From positions 1 to 57,615 of the forward strand of contig JAXLNO010000432.1 in NCBI GenBank assembly GCA_038087875.1: a stretch of DNA of 57,615 nucleotides, read 5' to 3'. Positions 39,176-53,100 of the stretch are shown here, piece after piece. This DNA comes from Malacoraja senta. Lineage: Eukaryota. Made by a program: the position numbers and the translations under genes. Position 1 is the first letter of the stretch; every line of letters starts with the position of its first letter. The notes beneath the pieces are model-generated. The model saw only the letters and a list, made by a program, of their open reading frames with translations. It was not told the DNA's origin and made no database searches.

Positions 39176-41129
39176 AAATCTGAAGAGGTCGCATGTTTCC
39201 GGCGAGGTCGCCATAAATCCGGCAAGGTCGCCATAATTCCGGCGACGTCGCCATATTTCCGGCAACGTCGCCATAAATCCGGCACGGTCGCCATAAATCC
39301 GGCAAGGTCGCCATATTTATGGCAAGGTAGCCATAAACCAAGCAAGATCGCCATATTTCCGTCTAGGTCGCCATATTTCCGGCGAGGTCGCCATAAATCC
39401 GGCAAGTTGGCCTCAAATTCGGCATGGTCGCCACATTTCCGACGAGGTCGCCATATATCCGGCAAGGTCGCCATAATTCCGGCAAGGTGGCCACAGTGGC
39501 CAGCAAGGTGGCCACGAATCAGGGAAGGTCGCCCCATTCCCGACGAGGTCGCCATAAAACCGGCAAGTTCGCCATAACTCCGGCAAGGCGGCCACAGTTC
39601 CGGCGAGTTCGCCATAAACCCGGGCGAGGTCGCCATATTTCCGGCAAGGTCGCCATAAATCCGGCAAGGTCGCCATAAATCCGGCGGCTCGCCATATTGC
39701 CGTCGAGGTCGCCAGAAAGACGGCAAGGTCGCCTTAAATCCGGCGAGGTCGCCATATTTCCGGCGAGGTCGCCATAAATCCGGCAAGGTCGCCATAAATC
39801 CGGCGAGGTCGCCATATTTCCGCCGAGGTCACCATAAATCCGGCAAGGTCTCCATAAACCGGCGTGGTCGCCATATTTCAGGCGAGGTCGCCCTAATTCC
39901 GGCAAGGTCGTTATAAATCTGAAGAGGTCGCCATGTTTCCGGCGAGGTCGCCATAAATCCGGCAAGGTCGCCATAAATCCGGCCACGTCGCCATATTTAC
40001 GGCAAGGTCGCCATAAATCCGGCACGGTCGCCATAAATGGGGCAAGGTCGCCATATTTATGGCAAGTTAGCCATAAACCTGGCAAGATCCCCATATTTCC
40101 GTCTAGGTCGCCATATTTCGGGCGAGGTCGCCATAAATCCGGCAAGTTGGCCTCAAATTCGGCATGGTCGCCACATTTCCGACGAGGTCGCCATATATCC
40201 GGCAAGTTCGCCATATCTCCGGCAAGGCGGCCACAGTTCCCGCGAGTTTGCCATAAACCCGGGCGAGGTCGCCATATTTGCGGCAACGTCGTCATAAATC
40301 CGGCATGGTCGCCATAAATCCGGCGATGTCGCCATATTTCCGGCAAGGTCGGGCAAGGACGACATACATCCGGCAAGGTCGCCACATTTCCGGCAAGGTC
40401 GCCATTAATCCGGGAAGGTCGCCATATATCCGGCAAGGTCGCCACATTCCCGGCAAGGTCGCCATAAATCCGGCAAGGTCGCCACAAATCCGGCAATGTC
40501 GCCACATTTCCGGCAAGGTCGCCATAAATCCGGCAAGGTCGCCACATTTCCGGCAAGGTCGCCTTAAATCCGGCAAGTTCGCCACAAATCCGACAAAGTC
40601 GCCATAAATCCGGCAACGTCGCCACAAATCCGGCAAGGTCGCCATATTTCCGACAAGGTCGCCACTAATCCGGCAAGGTCGCCATATTTCCGGCAAGATC
40701 GCCATAATTCCAGCAAGGTCGCCACAAACCTGGCAAGCCCGCCATATTTCCGGCATGGTCGCCATAATTCCGGCAAGGTGGCCACAAATCAGGAAAGGTC
40801 GCCATATTTCCGGCAATGTCGCCATAAACCCGGCAAGGTGGCCACAAATGCGGCAAGGTCGCCATATTTCCGGCAAGGTCGCCATAAATCCGGCAAGGTC
40901 GCCACAAATGCGGCAAGGTCCTCATATTTCCGGCAAGGTCGCAATAAATTCGGCAAGGTAGCCACAAATGCGGAAAGGTCGACATATTTCCGGCAAGGTC
41001 GCCATAAATCCGGCAAGGTCGGCACAAATGCGGCAAGGTCGGCACATTTGCGGCAAGGCCGCCTTAATCCGGTAAGGTCGCCACACATACGGAAAGGTCG
41101 CCACAATTCCGGCAAGGTCGCCATAAATC

Positions 41130-44100
41130 TGACAAGGTCGCCACAAATCCGGGATGGTCGCCACATCCCCGGCAAGGTCGCCATAAATCCGACAAGGTCG
41201 CCACAAATCCGTCAAGGTTGCCACATTTCAGGCAAGGTCGCCAGATTTCCGGCAAGGTCGCCATAAATCCGGCAAGGTCGCCACATATCCGGCAAGGTCG
41301 CCACATTCCCGGCCAGGTCGCCATAAATCCGGCAAGGTCGCCACAAATCCGGCAAGGTCGCCACATTTACGGCAATGTCGCCATATTTCCGGCAAGGTCG
41401 CCATAAATCTGACAAGGTCGCCAAAAATCCGGCAAGGTCTCCCTAAATCCGGCGCGGTCGCCATATTTCCGGCAAGGTCGCCATGAATCCCGCAAGGTCG
41501 CCATAAATCCGGCGAGGTCGCCATGTTTCCGGCGAGGTCGCCAAAAATCCGGCAAGGTCTCCATAAATCCGGCAAGGTCGGCATATTTCCGGCAAGGTCG
41601 CCATAAATCCAGCAAGGTCGCCATAAACCGGGCAAGGTCGCCACGAATCCGTCAAGGTCGCCACATTTGCGGGAATGTCGCCATAAATCCGGCAATGTCG
41701 CCATAATTACGGCAAGGTCGCCACATTTCCGGCAAGGTCGCCTTAAATCCGGCAAGTTCGCCACAAATCCGACAAAGTCGCCATAAATCCGGCAACGTCG
41801 CCACAAATCCGGCAAGGTCGCCATATTTCCGACAAGGTCGCCACTAATCCGGCAAGGTCGCCATATTTCCGGCAAGATCGCCATAATTCCAGCAAGGTCG
41901 CCACAAACCTGGCAAGCCCGCCATATTTCCGGCATGGTCGCCATAATTCCGGCAAGGTGGCCACAAATCAGGAAAGGTCGCCATATTTCCGGCAATGTCG
42001 CCATAAACCCGGCAAGGTGGCCACAAAAGCGGCAAGGTCGCCATATTTCCGGCAAGGTCGCCATAAATCCGGCAAGGTCGCCACAAATACGGCAAGGTCC
42101 TCATATTTCCGGCAAGGTCGCAATAAATTCGGCAAGGTAGCCACAAATGCGGAAAGGTCGACATATTTCCGGCAAGGTCGCCATAAATCCGGCAAGGTCG
42201 GCACAAATGCGGCAAGGTCGGCACATTTGCGGCAAGGCCGCCTTAATCCGGTAAGGTCGCCACAAATCCGGGATGGTCGCCACATCCCCGGCAAGGTCGC
42301 CATAAATCCGACAAGGTCGCCACAAATCCGTCAAGGTTGCCACATTTCAGGCAAGGTCGCCAGATTTCCGGCAAGGTCGCCATAAATCCGGCAAGGTCGC
42401 CACATATCCGGCAAGGTCGCCACATTCCCGGCCAGGTCGCCATAAATCCGGCAAGGTCGCCACAAATCCGGCAAGGTCGCCACATTTACGGCAAGGTCGC
42501 CATATTTCCGGCAAGGTCGCCATAAATCTGACAAGGTCGCCAAAAATCCGGCAAGGTCTCCCTAAATCCGGCGCGGTCGCCATATTTCCGGCGAGGTCGC
42601 CATGAATCCCGCAAGGTCGCCATAAATCCGGCGAGGTCGCCATGTTTCCGGCGAGGTCGCCAAAAATCCGGCAAGGTCTCCATAAATCCGGCAAGGTCGG
42701 CATATTTCCGGCAAGGTCGCCATAAATCCAGCAAGGTCGCCATAAACCGGGCAAGGTCGCCACGAATCCGTCAAGGTCGCCACATTTGCGGGAATGTCGC
42801 CATAAATCCGGCAATGTCGCCATAATTACGGCAAGGTCGTCACAATTCCGGCAAGGTCACCATAAATCCGGCAAGGTCGTCACAAATCCGGCAACGTCGC
42901 CACATCCCGGGCAAGGACGACATACATCCGGCAAGGTCGCCACATTTCCGGCAAGGTCGCCATTAATCCGGGAAGGTCGCCATATGTCCGGCAAGGTCGC
43001 CACATTCCCGGCAAGGTCGCCATAAATCCGGCAAGGTCGCCACAAATCCGGCAAGGTCGCCACATTTCCGGCAAGGTCGCCATAAATCCGGCAAGGTCGC
43101 CACATTTCCGGCAAGGTCGCCTTAAATCCGGCAAGTTCGCCAGAAGTCCGACAAGGGCGCCATAAATCCGGCAACGTCGCCACAAATCCGGCAAGGTCGC
43201 CATATTTCCGACAAGGTCGCCACTAATCCGGCAAGGTCGCCATATTTCCGGCAAGATCGCCATAAATCCGGCAAGGTCGGCACAAATGCGGCAAGGTCGG
43301 CACATTTGCGGCAAGGCCGCGTTAATCCGGTAAGGTCGCCACAAATACGGAAAGGTCGCCACAATTCCGGCAAGGTCGCCACAAATCTGACAAGGTCGCC
43401 ACAAATCCGGGATGGTCGCCACATCCCCGGCAAGGTGGCCATAAATCCGACAAGGTCGCCACAAATCCGTCAAGGTTGCCACATTTCAGGCAAGGTCGCC
43501 AGATTTCCGGCAAGGTCGCCATTAATCCGGCAAGGTCGCCACAAATCCGACAAGGTCGCCATAAATCCGGCAAGGTCACCACATTTCCGGCAAGGTCGCC
43601 ATAAATCCGGCAAGGTCGCCAGATATCCGGCAAGGTCGCCACATTCCCGGCCAGGTCGCCATAAATCCGGCAAGATCGCCACAAATCCGGAAAAGGTCGC
43701 CACATTTACGGCAAGGTCGCCATATTTCCGGCAAGGTCGCCATAAATCCGGTAAGGTCGCCACAAATGCGGCAAGGTGGCCATATTCCCGGCAAGGTCGC
43801 CATAAATCTGGCACAGTCGCCGTATATCCGGCAAGGTCGCCACAAATCCGCCAAGGTCGCCATAAATCCGGCAAGGTCGCCACAAATCCGGCAGAGTCAC
43901 CTATTTCCGGCAAGGTCGCCATAAATCCGGCACGGCCGCCACAAATCCGGCAAGGTCGCCACATTTGCGGCAAGGTCGCAACAAATCTGCCAAGGTCGCC
44001 ACAAATCCGACAAGGTCGACATATTTCCGGCAAGGTCGCCATCAATCCCGCAAGGTCGCCACAAATGCGGCAAGGTCCTCATATTTCCGGCAAGGTCGCA

Positions 44101-47100
44101 ATAAATCCGGCAAGGTAGCCACAAAAGCGGAAAGGTCGCCATAATACCGGCAAGGTCGCCACAAATCCGGCAAGGTCGCCACATTTCCGGCAAGGTCGCC
44201 ATAAATCCGGCAATGTCGCCATAATTACGGCAAGGTCGCCACATTTCCGGCAAGGTCGCCTTAAATCCGGCAAGTTCGCCACAAATCCGACAAAGTCGCC
44301 ATAAATCCGGCAACGTCGCCACAAATCCGGCAAGGTCGCCATATTTCCGACAAGGTCGCCACTAATCCGGCAAGGTCGCCATATTTCCGGCAAGATCGCC
44401 ATAATTCCAGCAAGGTCGCCACAAACATGGCAAGCCCGCCATATTTCCGGCATGGTCGCCATAATTCCGGCAAGGTGGCCACAAATCAGGAAAGGTCGCC
44501 ATATTTCCGGCAATGTCGCCATAATTCCAGCAAGGTCGCCACAAACCTGGCAAGCCCGCCATATTTCCGGCATGGTCGCCATAATTCCGGCAAGGTGGCC
44601 ACAAATCAGGAAAGGTCGCCATATTTCCGGCAATGTCGCCATATTTCCGGCAAGGTCGCCATAAATCCGGCAAAGTCGCCACAAATGCGGCAAGGTCCTC
44701 ATATTTCCGGCAAGGTCGCAATAAATTCGGCAAGGTAGCCACAAATGCGGAAAGGTCGACATATTTCCGGCAAGGTCGCCATAAATCCGGCAAGGTCGGC
44801 ACAAATGCGGCAAGGTCGGCACATTTGCGGCAAGGCCGCGTTAATCCGGTAAGGTCGCCACAAATACGGAAAGGTCGCCACAATTCCGGCAAGGTCGCCA
44901 TAAATCTGACAAGGTCGCCACAAATCCGGGATGGTCGCCACATCCCCGGCAAGGTCGCCATAAATCCGACAAGGTCGCCACAAATCCGTCAAGGTTGCCA
45001 CATTTCAGGCAAGGTCGCCAGATTTCCGGCAAGGTCGCCATTAATCCGGCAAGGTCGCCACAAATCCGACAAGGTCGCCATAAATCCGGCAAGGTCACCA
45101 CATTTCCGGCAAGGTCGCCATAAATCCGGCAAGGTCGCCAGATATCCGGCAAGGTCGCCACATTCCCGGCCAGGTCGCCATAAATCCGGCAAGATCGCCA
45201 CAAATCCGGAAAAGGTCGCCACATTTACGGCAAGGTCGCCATATTTCCGGCAAGGTCGCCATAAATCCGGTAAGGTCGCCACAAATGCGGCAAGGTGGCC
45301 ATATTCCCGGCAAGGTCGCCATAAATCTGGCACAGTCGCCGTATATCCGGCAAGGTCGCCACAAATCCGCCAAGGTCGCCATAAATCCGGCAAGGTCGCC
45401 ACAAATCCGGCAGAGTCACCTATTTCCGGCAAGGTCGCCATAAATCCGGCACGGCCGCCACAAATCCGGCAAGGTCGCCACATTTGCGGCAAGGTCGCAA
45501 CAAATCTGCCAAGGTCGCCACAAATCCGACAAGGTCGACATATTTCCGGCAAGGTCGCCATCAATCCCGCAAGGTCGCCACAAATGCGGCAAGGTCCTCA
45601 TATTTCCGGCAAGGTCGCAATAAATCCGGCAAGGTAGCCACAAAAGCGGAAAGGTCGCCATAATACCGGCAAGGTCGCCATAAATCCGGCAAGGTCGCCA
45701 CAAATGCGGCAAGGTCGCCATATTCCCGGCAAGGTCCCCATAAATCCGGCAATGTCTCCATAACTCCGGCAAGGTCGCCACAAATCAGGCAAGGTCGCCA
45801 TAAATCCGGCAAGGTCGCCACAAATCCGGCAGTCGCCTATTTCCGGCAAGTTCGCCATGAATCCGGCAAGGCCGCCACAAATCCGGCTAGGTCGCTGTAA
45901 ATCCCGCAAGGTCACCACAAATCCGGCAAGGTCCCCATATTCCCGGCAAGGTCGCCATAAATCCGGCAAGGTAGCCACAAATCCTGCAAGGTCGCCATAA
46001 ATAAGGCAAGGTCGCCATAAATCCGGCAAGGTCGCCACAAATGCGGCAAGGTCGCCATATTCCCGGCAAGGTCGCCATAAATCCGGCAATGTCTCCATAA
46101 CTCCGGCAAGGTCGCCACAAATCCCGCAAGGGCGCCATAAATCCGGCAAGGTCGCCACAAATCCGGCAGTCGCCTATTTCCGGCAAGTTCGCCATTAATC
46201 CGGCAAGGCCGCCACAAATCCGGCTAGGTCGCTGTAAATCCGGAAAGGTCGCCATAAATCCGGCAAGGTAGCCACAAATCCTGCAAGGTCGCCATAAATC
46301 AGGCAAGGTCGCCACAAATCCGGCAAGGTCGCCACATTTGCGTCAAGGCCGCCTTATTCCGGTAAGGTCGCCACAAATACGGAAAGGTCGCCACAATTCC
46401 GGCAAGGTCGCCAGAAATCTGACAAGGTCGGCACAAATGCGTCAAGGTCGCCACATTTCAGGCAAGGTCGCCAGATTCCGGCAAAATCGCCATAAATCCG
46501 GCAAGGTCGCCACAAATCCGACAAGGTCGCCACAAATGCGTCAAGGTCGCCACATTTCAGGCAAGGTCGCCAGATTTCCGGCAAGATCGCCATAAATCCG
46601 GCAAGGTCGCCACAAATCCGACAAGGTCGCCATAAATCCGGCAAGGTCACCACATTTCCGGCAAGGTCGCCATAAATCCGGCAATGTCGCCACAAATCAG
46701 GCAAGGTCGCCACATTCCCGGCAAGGTCACCATAAATCCGGCAAGGTCGCCACAAATCCGGCAAGGTCGCCACATTTACGGCAAGGTTGCCATATTTCCG
46801 GCAAGGTCGCCATAAATCTGGCAAGGTAGCCACAAATGCGGCAAGGTCGCCATATTCCCGGCAAGATCGCCATAATTCCAGCAAGGTCGCCACAAACCCG
46901 GCAAGGCCGCCATATTTCCGGCATGGTCGCCATAATTCCGGCAAGGTGGCCACAAATCAGGAAATGTCGCCATATTTCCGACAATGTCGCCATAAATCCG
47001 GCAAGGTGGCCACAAATGCGGCAAGGTCGCCATATTTCCGGCAAGGTCGCAATAAATCCGGCAAGGTCGCCACAAATGCGGCAAGGTCCTCATATTTCCC

Positions 47101-50100
47101 GCAAGGTCGCAATAAATTCGGCAAGGTAGCCACAAATGGGGAGAAGTCGACATATTTCCGGCAAGGTCGCCATACATCCGGCAAGGTCGGCACAAATGCG
47201 GCAAGGTCGGCATATTTCCGGCAAGGTCGCCATATATCCGGCAACGTCGCCATAATACCGGCAAGATCGCCATAATTCCAGCAAGGTCGCCACAAACCTG
47301 GCAAGGCCGCCATATTTCCGGCATGGTCGCCATAATTCCGGCAAGGTGGCCACAAATCAGGAAAGGTCGCCATATTTCCGGCAATGTCGCCATAAATCCG
47401 GCAAGGTGGCCACAAATGCGGCAAGGTCGCCATATTTCCGGCAAGGTCGCCATAAATCTGGCAAGGTCGCCACAAATCCGACAAGGTCGCCATAAATCCG
47501 GCAAGGTCACCACATTTCCGGCAAGGTCGCCATAAATCCGGCAATGTCGCCACAAATCAGGCAAGGTCGCCACATTCCCGGCAAGGTCACCATAAATCCG
47601 GCAAGGTCGCCACAAATCCGGCAAGGTCGCCACATTTACGGCAAGGTTGCCATATTTCCGGCAAGGTCGCCATAAATCTGGCAAGGTAGCCACAAATGCG
47701 GCAAGGTCGCCATATTTCCGGCAAGATCGCCATAATTCCAGCAAGGTCGCCACAAACCCGGCAAGGCCGCCATATTTCCGGCATGGTCGCCATAATTCCG
47801 GCAAGGTGGCCACAAATCAGGAAATGTCGCCATATTTCCGACAATGTCGCCATAAATCCGGCAAGGTGGCCACAAATGCGGCAAGGTCGCCATATTTCCG
47901 GCAAGGTCGCCATAAATCTGACAAGGTCGCCACAAATCCGGGATGGTCGCCACATCCCCGGCAAGGTCGCCATAAATCCGACAAGGTCGCCACAAATCCG
48001 TCAAGGTCGCCACAAATCAGGCAAGGTCGCCACATTCCCGGCAAGGTCACCATAAATCCGGCAAGGTCGCCACATCCCCGCAAGGTCGCCACAAATCTGA
48101 CAAGGTCGCCACAAATCCGGGATGGTCGCCACATCCCCGGCAAGGTCGCCATAAATCCGACAAGGTCGCCACAAATCCGTCAAGGTTGCCACATTTCAGG
48201 CAAGGTCGCCAGATTTCCGGCAAGGTCGCCATAAATCCGGCAAGGTCGCCACATATCCGGCAAGGTCGCCACATTCCCCGGCCAGGTCGCCATAAATCCG
48301 GCAAGGTCGCCACAAATCCGGCAAGGTCGCCACATTTACGGCAATGTCGCCATATTTCCGGCAAGGTCGCCATAAATCTGACAAGGTCGCCAAAAATCCG
48401 GCAAGGTCTCCCTAAATCCGGCGCGGTCGCCATATTTTCCGGCAAGGTCGCCATGAATCCCGCAAGGTCGCCATAAATCCGGCGAGGTCGCCATGTTTCC
48501 GGCGAGGTCGCCAAAAATCCGGCAAGGTCTCCATAAATCCGGCAAGGTCGGCATATTTCCGGCAAGGTCGCCATAAATCCAGCAAGGTCGCCATAAACCG
48601 GGCAAGGTCGCCACGAATCCGTCAAGGTCGCCACATTTGCGGGAATGTCGCCATAAATCCGGCAATGTCGCCATAATTACGGCAAGGTCGCCACATTTCC
48701 GGCAAGGTCGCCTTAAATCCGGCAAGTTCGCCACAAATCCGACAAAGTCGCCATAAATCCGGCAACGTCGCCACAAATCCGGCAAGGTCGCCATATTTCC
48801 GACAAGGTCGCCACTAATCCGGCAAGGTCGCCATATTTCGGCAAGATCGCCATAATTCCAGCAAGGTCGCCACAAACCTGGCAAGCCCGCCATATTTCCG
48901 GCATGGTCGCCATAATTCCGGCAAGGTGGCCACAAATCAGGAAAGGTCGCCATATTTCCGGCAATGTCGCCATAAACCCGGCAAGGTGGCCACAAAAGCG
49001 GCAAGGTCGCCATATTTCCGGCAAGGTCGCCATAAATCCGGCAAGGTCGCCACAAATACGGCAAGGTCCTCATATTTCCGGCAAGGTCGCAATAAATTCG
49101 GCAAGGTAGCCACAAATGCGGAAAGGTCGACATATTTCCGGCAAGGTCGCCATAAATCCGGCAAGGTCGGCACAAATGCGGCAAGGTCGGCACATTTGCG
49201 GCAAGGCCGCCTTAATCCGGTAAGGTCGCCACAAATCCGGGATGGTCGCCACATCCCCGGCAAGGTCGCCATAAATCCGACAAGGTCGCCACAAATCCGT
49301 CAAGGTTGCCACATTTCAGGCAAGGTCCGCCAGATTTCCGGCAAGGTCGCCATAAATCCGGCAAGGTCGCCACATATCCGGCAAGGTCGCCACATTCCCG
49401 GCCAGGTCGCCATAAATCCGGCAAGGTCGCCACAAATCCGGCAAGGTCGCCACATTTACGGCAAGGTCGCCATATTTCCGGCAAGGTCGCCATAAATCTG
49501 ACAAGGTCGCCAAAAAATCCGGCAAGGTCTCCCTAAATCCGGCGCGGTCGCCATATTTCCGGCGAGGTCGCCATGAATCCCGCAAGGTCGCCATAAATCC
49601 GGCGAGGTCGCCATGTTTCCGGCGAGGTCGCCAAAAATCCGGCAAGGTCTCCATAAATCCGGCAAGGTCGGCATATTTCCGGCAAGGTCGCCATAAATCC
49701 AGCAAGGTCGCCATAAACCGGGCAAGGTCGCCACGAATCCGTCAAGGTCGCCACATTTGCGGGAATGTCGCCATAAATCCGGCAATGTCGCCATAATTAC
49801 GGCAAGGTCGTCACAATTCCGGCAAGGTCACCATAAATCCGGCAAGGTCGTCACAAATCCGGCAACGTCGCCACATCCCGGGCAAGGACGACATACATCC
49901 GGCAAGGTCGCCACATTTCCGGCAAGGTCGCCATTAATCCGGGAAGGTCGCCATATGTCCGGCAAGGTCGCCACATTCCCGGCAAGGTCGCCATAAATCC
50001 GGCAAGGTCGCCACAAATCCGGCAAGGTCGCCACATTTCCGGCAAGGTCGCCATAAATCCGGCAAGGTCGCCACATTTCCGGCAAGGTCGCCTTAAATCC

Positions 50101-53100
50101 GGCAAGTTCGCCACAAGTCCGACAAGGGCGCCATAAATCCGGCAACGTCGCCACAAATCCGGCAAGGTCGCCATATTTCCGACAAGGTCGCCACTAATCC
50201 GGCAAGGTCGCCATATTTCCGGCAAGATCGCCATAAATCCGGCAAGGTCGGCACAAATGCGGCAAGGTCGGCACATTTGCGGCAAGGCCGCGTTAATCCG
50301 GTAAGGTCGCCACAAATACGGAAAGGTCGCCACAATTCCGGCAAGGTCGCCACAAATCTGACAAGGTCGCCACAAATCCGGGATGGTCGCCACATCCCCG
50401 GCAAGGTGGCCATAAATCCGACAAGGTCGCCACAAATCCGTCAAGGTTGCCACATTTCAGGCAAGGTCGCCAGATTTCCGGCAAGGTCGCCATTAATCCG
50501 GCAAGGTCGCCACAAATCCGACAAGGTCGCCATAAATCCGGCAAGGTCACCACATTTCCGGCAAGGTCGCCATAAATCCGGCAAGGTCGCCAGATATCCG
50601 GCAAGGTCGCCACATTCCCGGCCAGGTCGCCATAAATCCGGCAAGATCGCCACAAATCCGGAAAAGGTCGCCACATTTACGGCAAGGTCGCCATATTTCC
50701 GGCAAGGTCGCCATAAATCCGGTAAGGTCGCCACAAATGCGGCAAGGTGGCCATATTCCCGGCAAGGTCGCCATAAATCTGGCACAGTCGCCGTATATCC
50801 GGCAAAGGTCGCCACAAATCCGCCAAGGTCGCCATAAATCCGGCAAGGTCGCCACAAATCCGGCAGAGTCACCTATTTCCGGCAAGGTCGCCATAAATCC
50901 GGCACGGCCGCCACAAATCCGGCAAGGTCGCCACATTTGCGGCAAGGTCGCAACAAATCTGCCAAGGTCGCCACAAATCCGACAAGGTCGACATATTTCC
51001 GGCAAGGTCGCCATCAATCCCGCAAGGTCGCCACAAATGCGGCAAGGTCCTCATATTTCCGGCAAGGTCGCAATAAATCCGGCAAGGTAGCCACAAAAGC
51101 GGAAAGGTCGCCATAATACCGGCAAGGTCGCCACAAATCCGGCAAGGTCGCCACATTTCCGGCAAGGTCGCCATAAATCCGGCAATGTCGCCATAATTAC
51201 GGCAAGGTCGCCACATTTCCGGCAAGGTCGCCTTAAATCCGGCAAGTTCGCCACAAATCCGACAAAGTCGCCATAAATCCGGCAACGTCGCCACAAATCC
51301 GGCAAGGTCGCCATATTTCCGACAAGGTCGCCACTAATCCGGCAAGATCGCCATATTTCCGGCAAGATCGCCATAATTCCAGCAAGGTCGCCACAAACAT
51401 GGCAAGCCCGCCATATTTCCGGCATGGTCGCCATAATTCCGGCAAGGTGGCCACAAATCAGGAAAGGTCGCCATATTTCCGGCAATGTCGCCATAATTCC
51501 AGCAAGGTCGCCACAAACCTGGCAAGCCCGCCATATTTCCGGCATGGTCGCCATAATTCCGGCAAGGTGGCCACAAATCAGGAAAGGTCGCCATATTTCC
51601 GGCAATGTCGCCATATTTCCGGCAAGGTCGCCATAAATCCGGCAAAGTCGCCACAAATGCGGCAAGGTCCTCATATTTCCGGCAAGGTCGCAATAAATTC
51701 GCAAGGTAGCCACAAATGCGGAAAGGTCGACATATTTCCGGCAAGGTCGCCATAAATCCGGCAAGGTCGGCACAAATGCGGCAAGGTCGGCACATTTGCG
51801 GCAAGGCCGCGTTAATCCGGTAAGGTCGCCACAAATACGGAAAGGTCGCCACAATTCCGGCAAGGTCGCCATAAATCTGACAAGGTCGCCACAAATCCGG
51901 GATGGTCGCCACATCCCCGGCAAGGTCGCCATAAATCCGACAAGGTCGCCACAAATCCGTCAAGGTTGCCACATTTCAGGCAAGGTCGCCAGATTTCCGG
52001 CAAGGTCGCCATTAATCCGGCAAGGTCGCCACAAATCCGACAAGGTCGCCATAAATCCGGCAAGGTCACCACATTTCCGGCAAGGTCGCCATAAATCCGG
52101 CAAGGTCGCCAGATAACCGGCAAGGTCGCCACATTCCCGGCCAGGTCGCCATAAATCCGGCAAGATCGCCACAAATCCGGAAAAGGTCGCCACATTTACG
52201 GCAAGGTCGCCATATTTCCGGCAAGGTCGCCATAAATCCGGTAAGGTCGCCACAAATGCGGCAAGGTGGCCATATTCCCGGCAAGGGTCGCCATAAATCT
52301 GGCACAGTCGCCGTATATCCGGCAAGGTCGCCACAAATCCGCCAAGGTCGCCATAAATCCGGCAAGGGTCGCCACAAATCCGGCAGAGTCACCTATTTCC
52401 GCCATAAATCCGGCACGGCCGCCACAAATCCGGCAAGGTCGCCACATTTGCGGCAAGGTCGCAACAAATCTGCCAAGGTCGCCACAAATCCGACAAGGTC
52501 GACATATTTCCGGCAAGGTCGCCATCAATCCCGCAAGGTCGCCACAAATGCGGCAAGGTCCTCATATTTCCGGCAAGGTCGCAATAAATCCGGCAAGGTA
52601 GCCACAAAAGCGGAAAGGTCGCCATAATACCGGCAAGGTCGCCATAAATCCGGCAAGGTCGCCACAAATGCGGCAAGGTCGCCATATTCCCGGCAAGGTC
52701 CCCATAAATCCGGCAATGTCTCCATAACTCCGGCAAGGTCGCCACAAATCAGGCAAGGTCGCCATAAATCCGCAAGGTCGCCACAAATCCGGCAGTCGCC
52801 TATTTCCGGCAAGTTCGCCATGAATCCGGCAAGGCCGCCACAAATCCGGCTAGGTCGCTGTAAATCCCGCAAGGTCACCACAAATCCGGCAAGGTCCCCA
52901 TATTCCCGGCAAGGTCGCCATAAATCCGGCAAGGTAGCCACAAATCCTGCAAGGTCGCCATAAATAAGGCAAGGTCGCCATAAATCCGGCAAGGTCGCCA
53001 CAAATGCGGCAAGGTCGCCATATTCCCGGCAAGGTCGCCATAAATCCGGCAATGTCTCCATAACTCCGGCAAGGTCGCCACAAATCCCGCAAGGGCGCCA

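Larger units (their letters stand above)
32305..41083 (-). repeat. 2.4-kb non-adjacent duplication: 32305-34700 ~ 38688-41083
   Basis: Constant offset of 6,383 across the LINE fragment and satellite, with near-identical ORF translations (33136/39519, 33909/40292). Confidence 0.93.

Noticed and set aside
36826..39577. Plus-strand ORFs over the LINE (37156..37548, 38777..39577, also 32394..33194)
   Set aside because: These are antisense shadows of CR1 ORF2.
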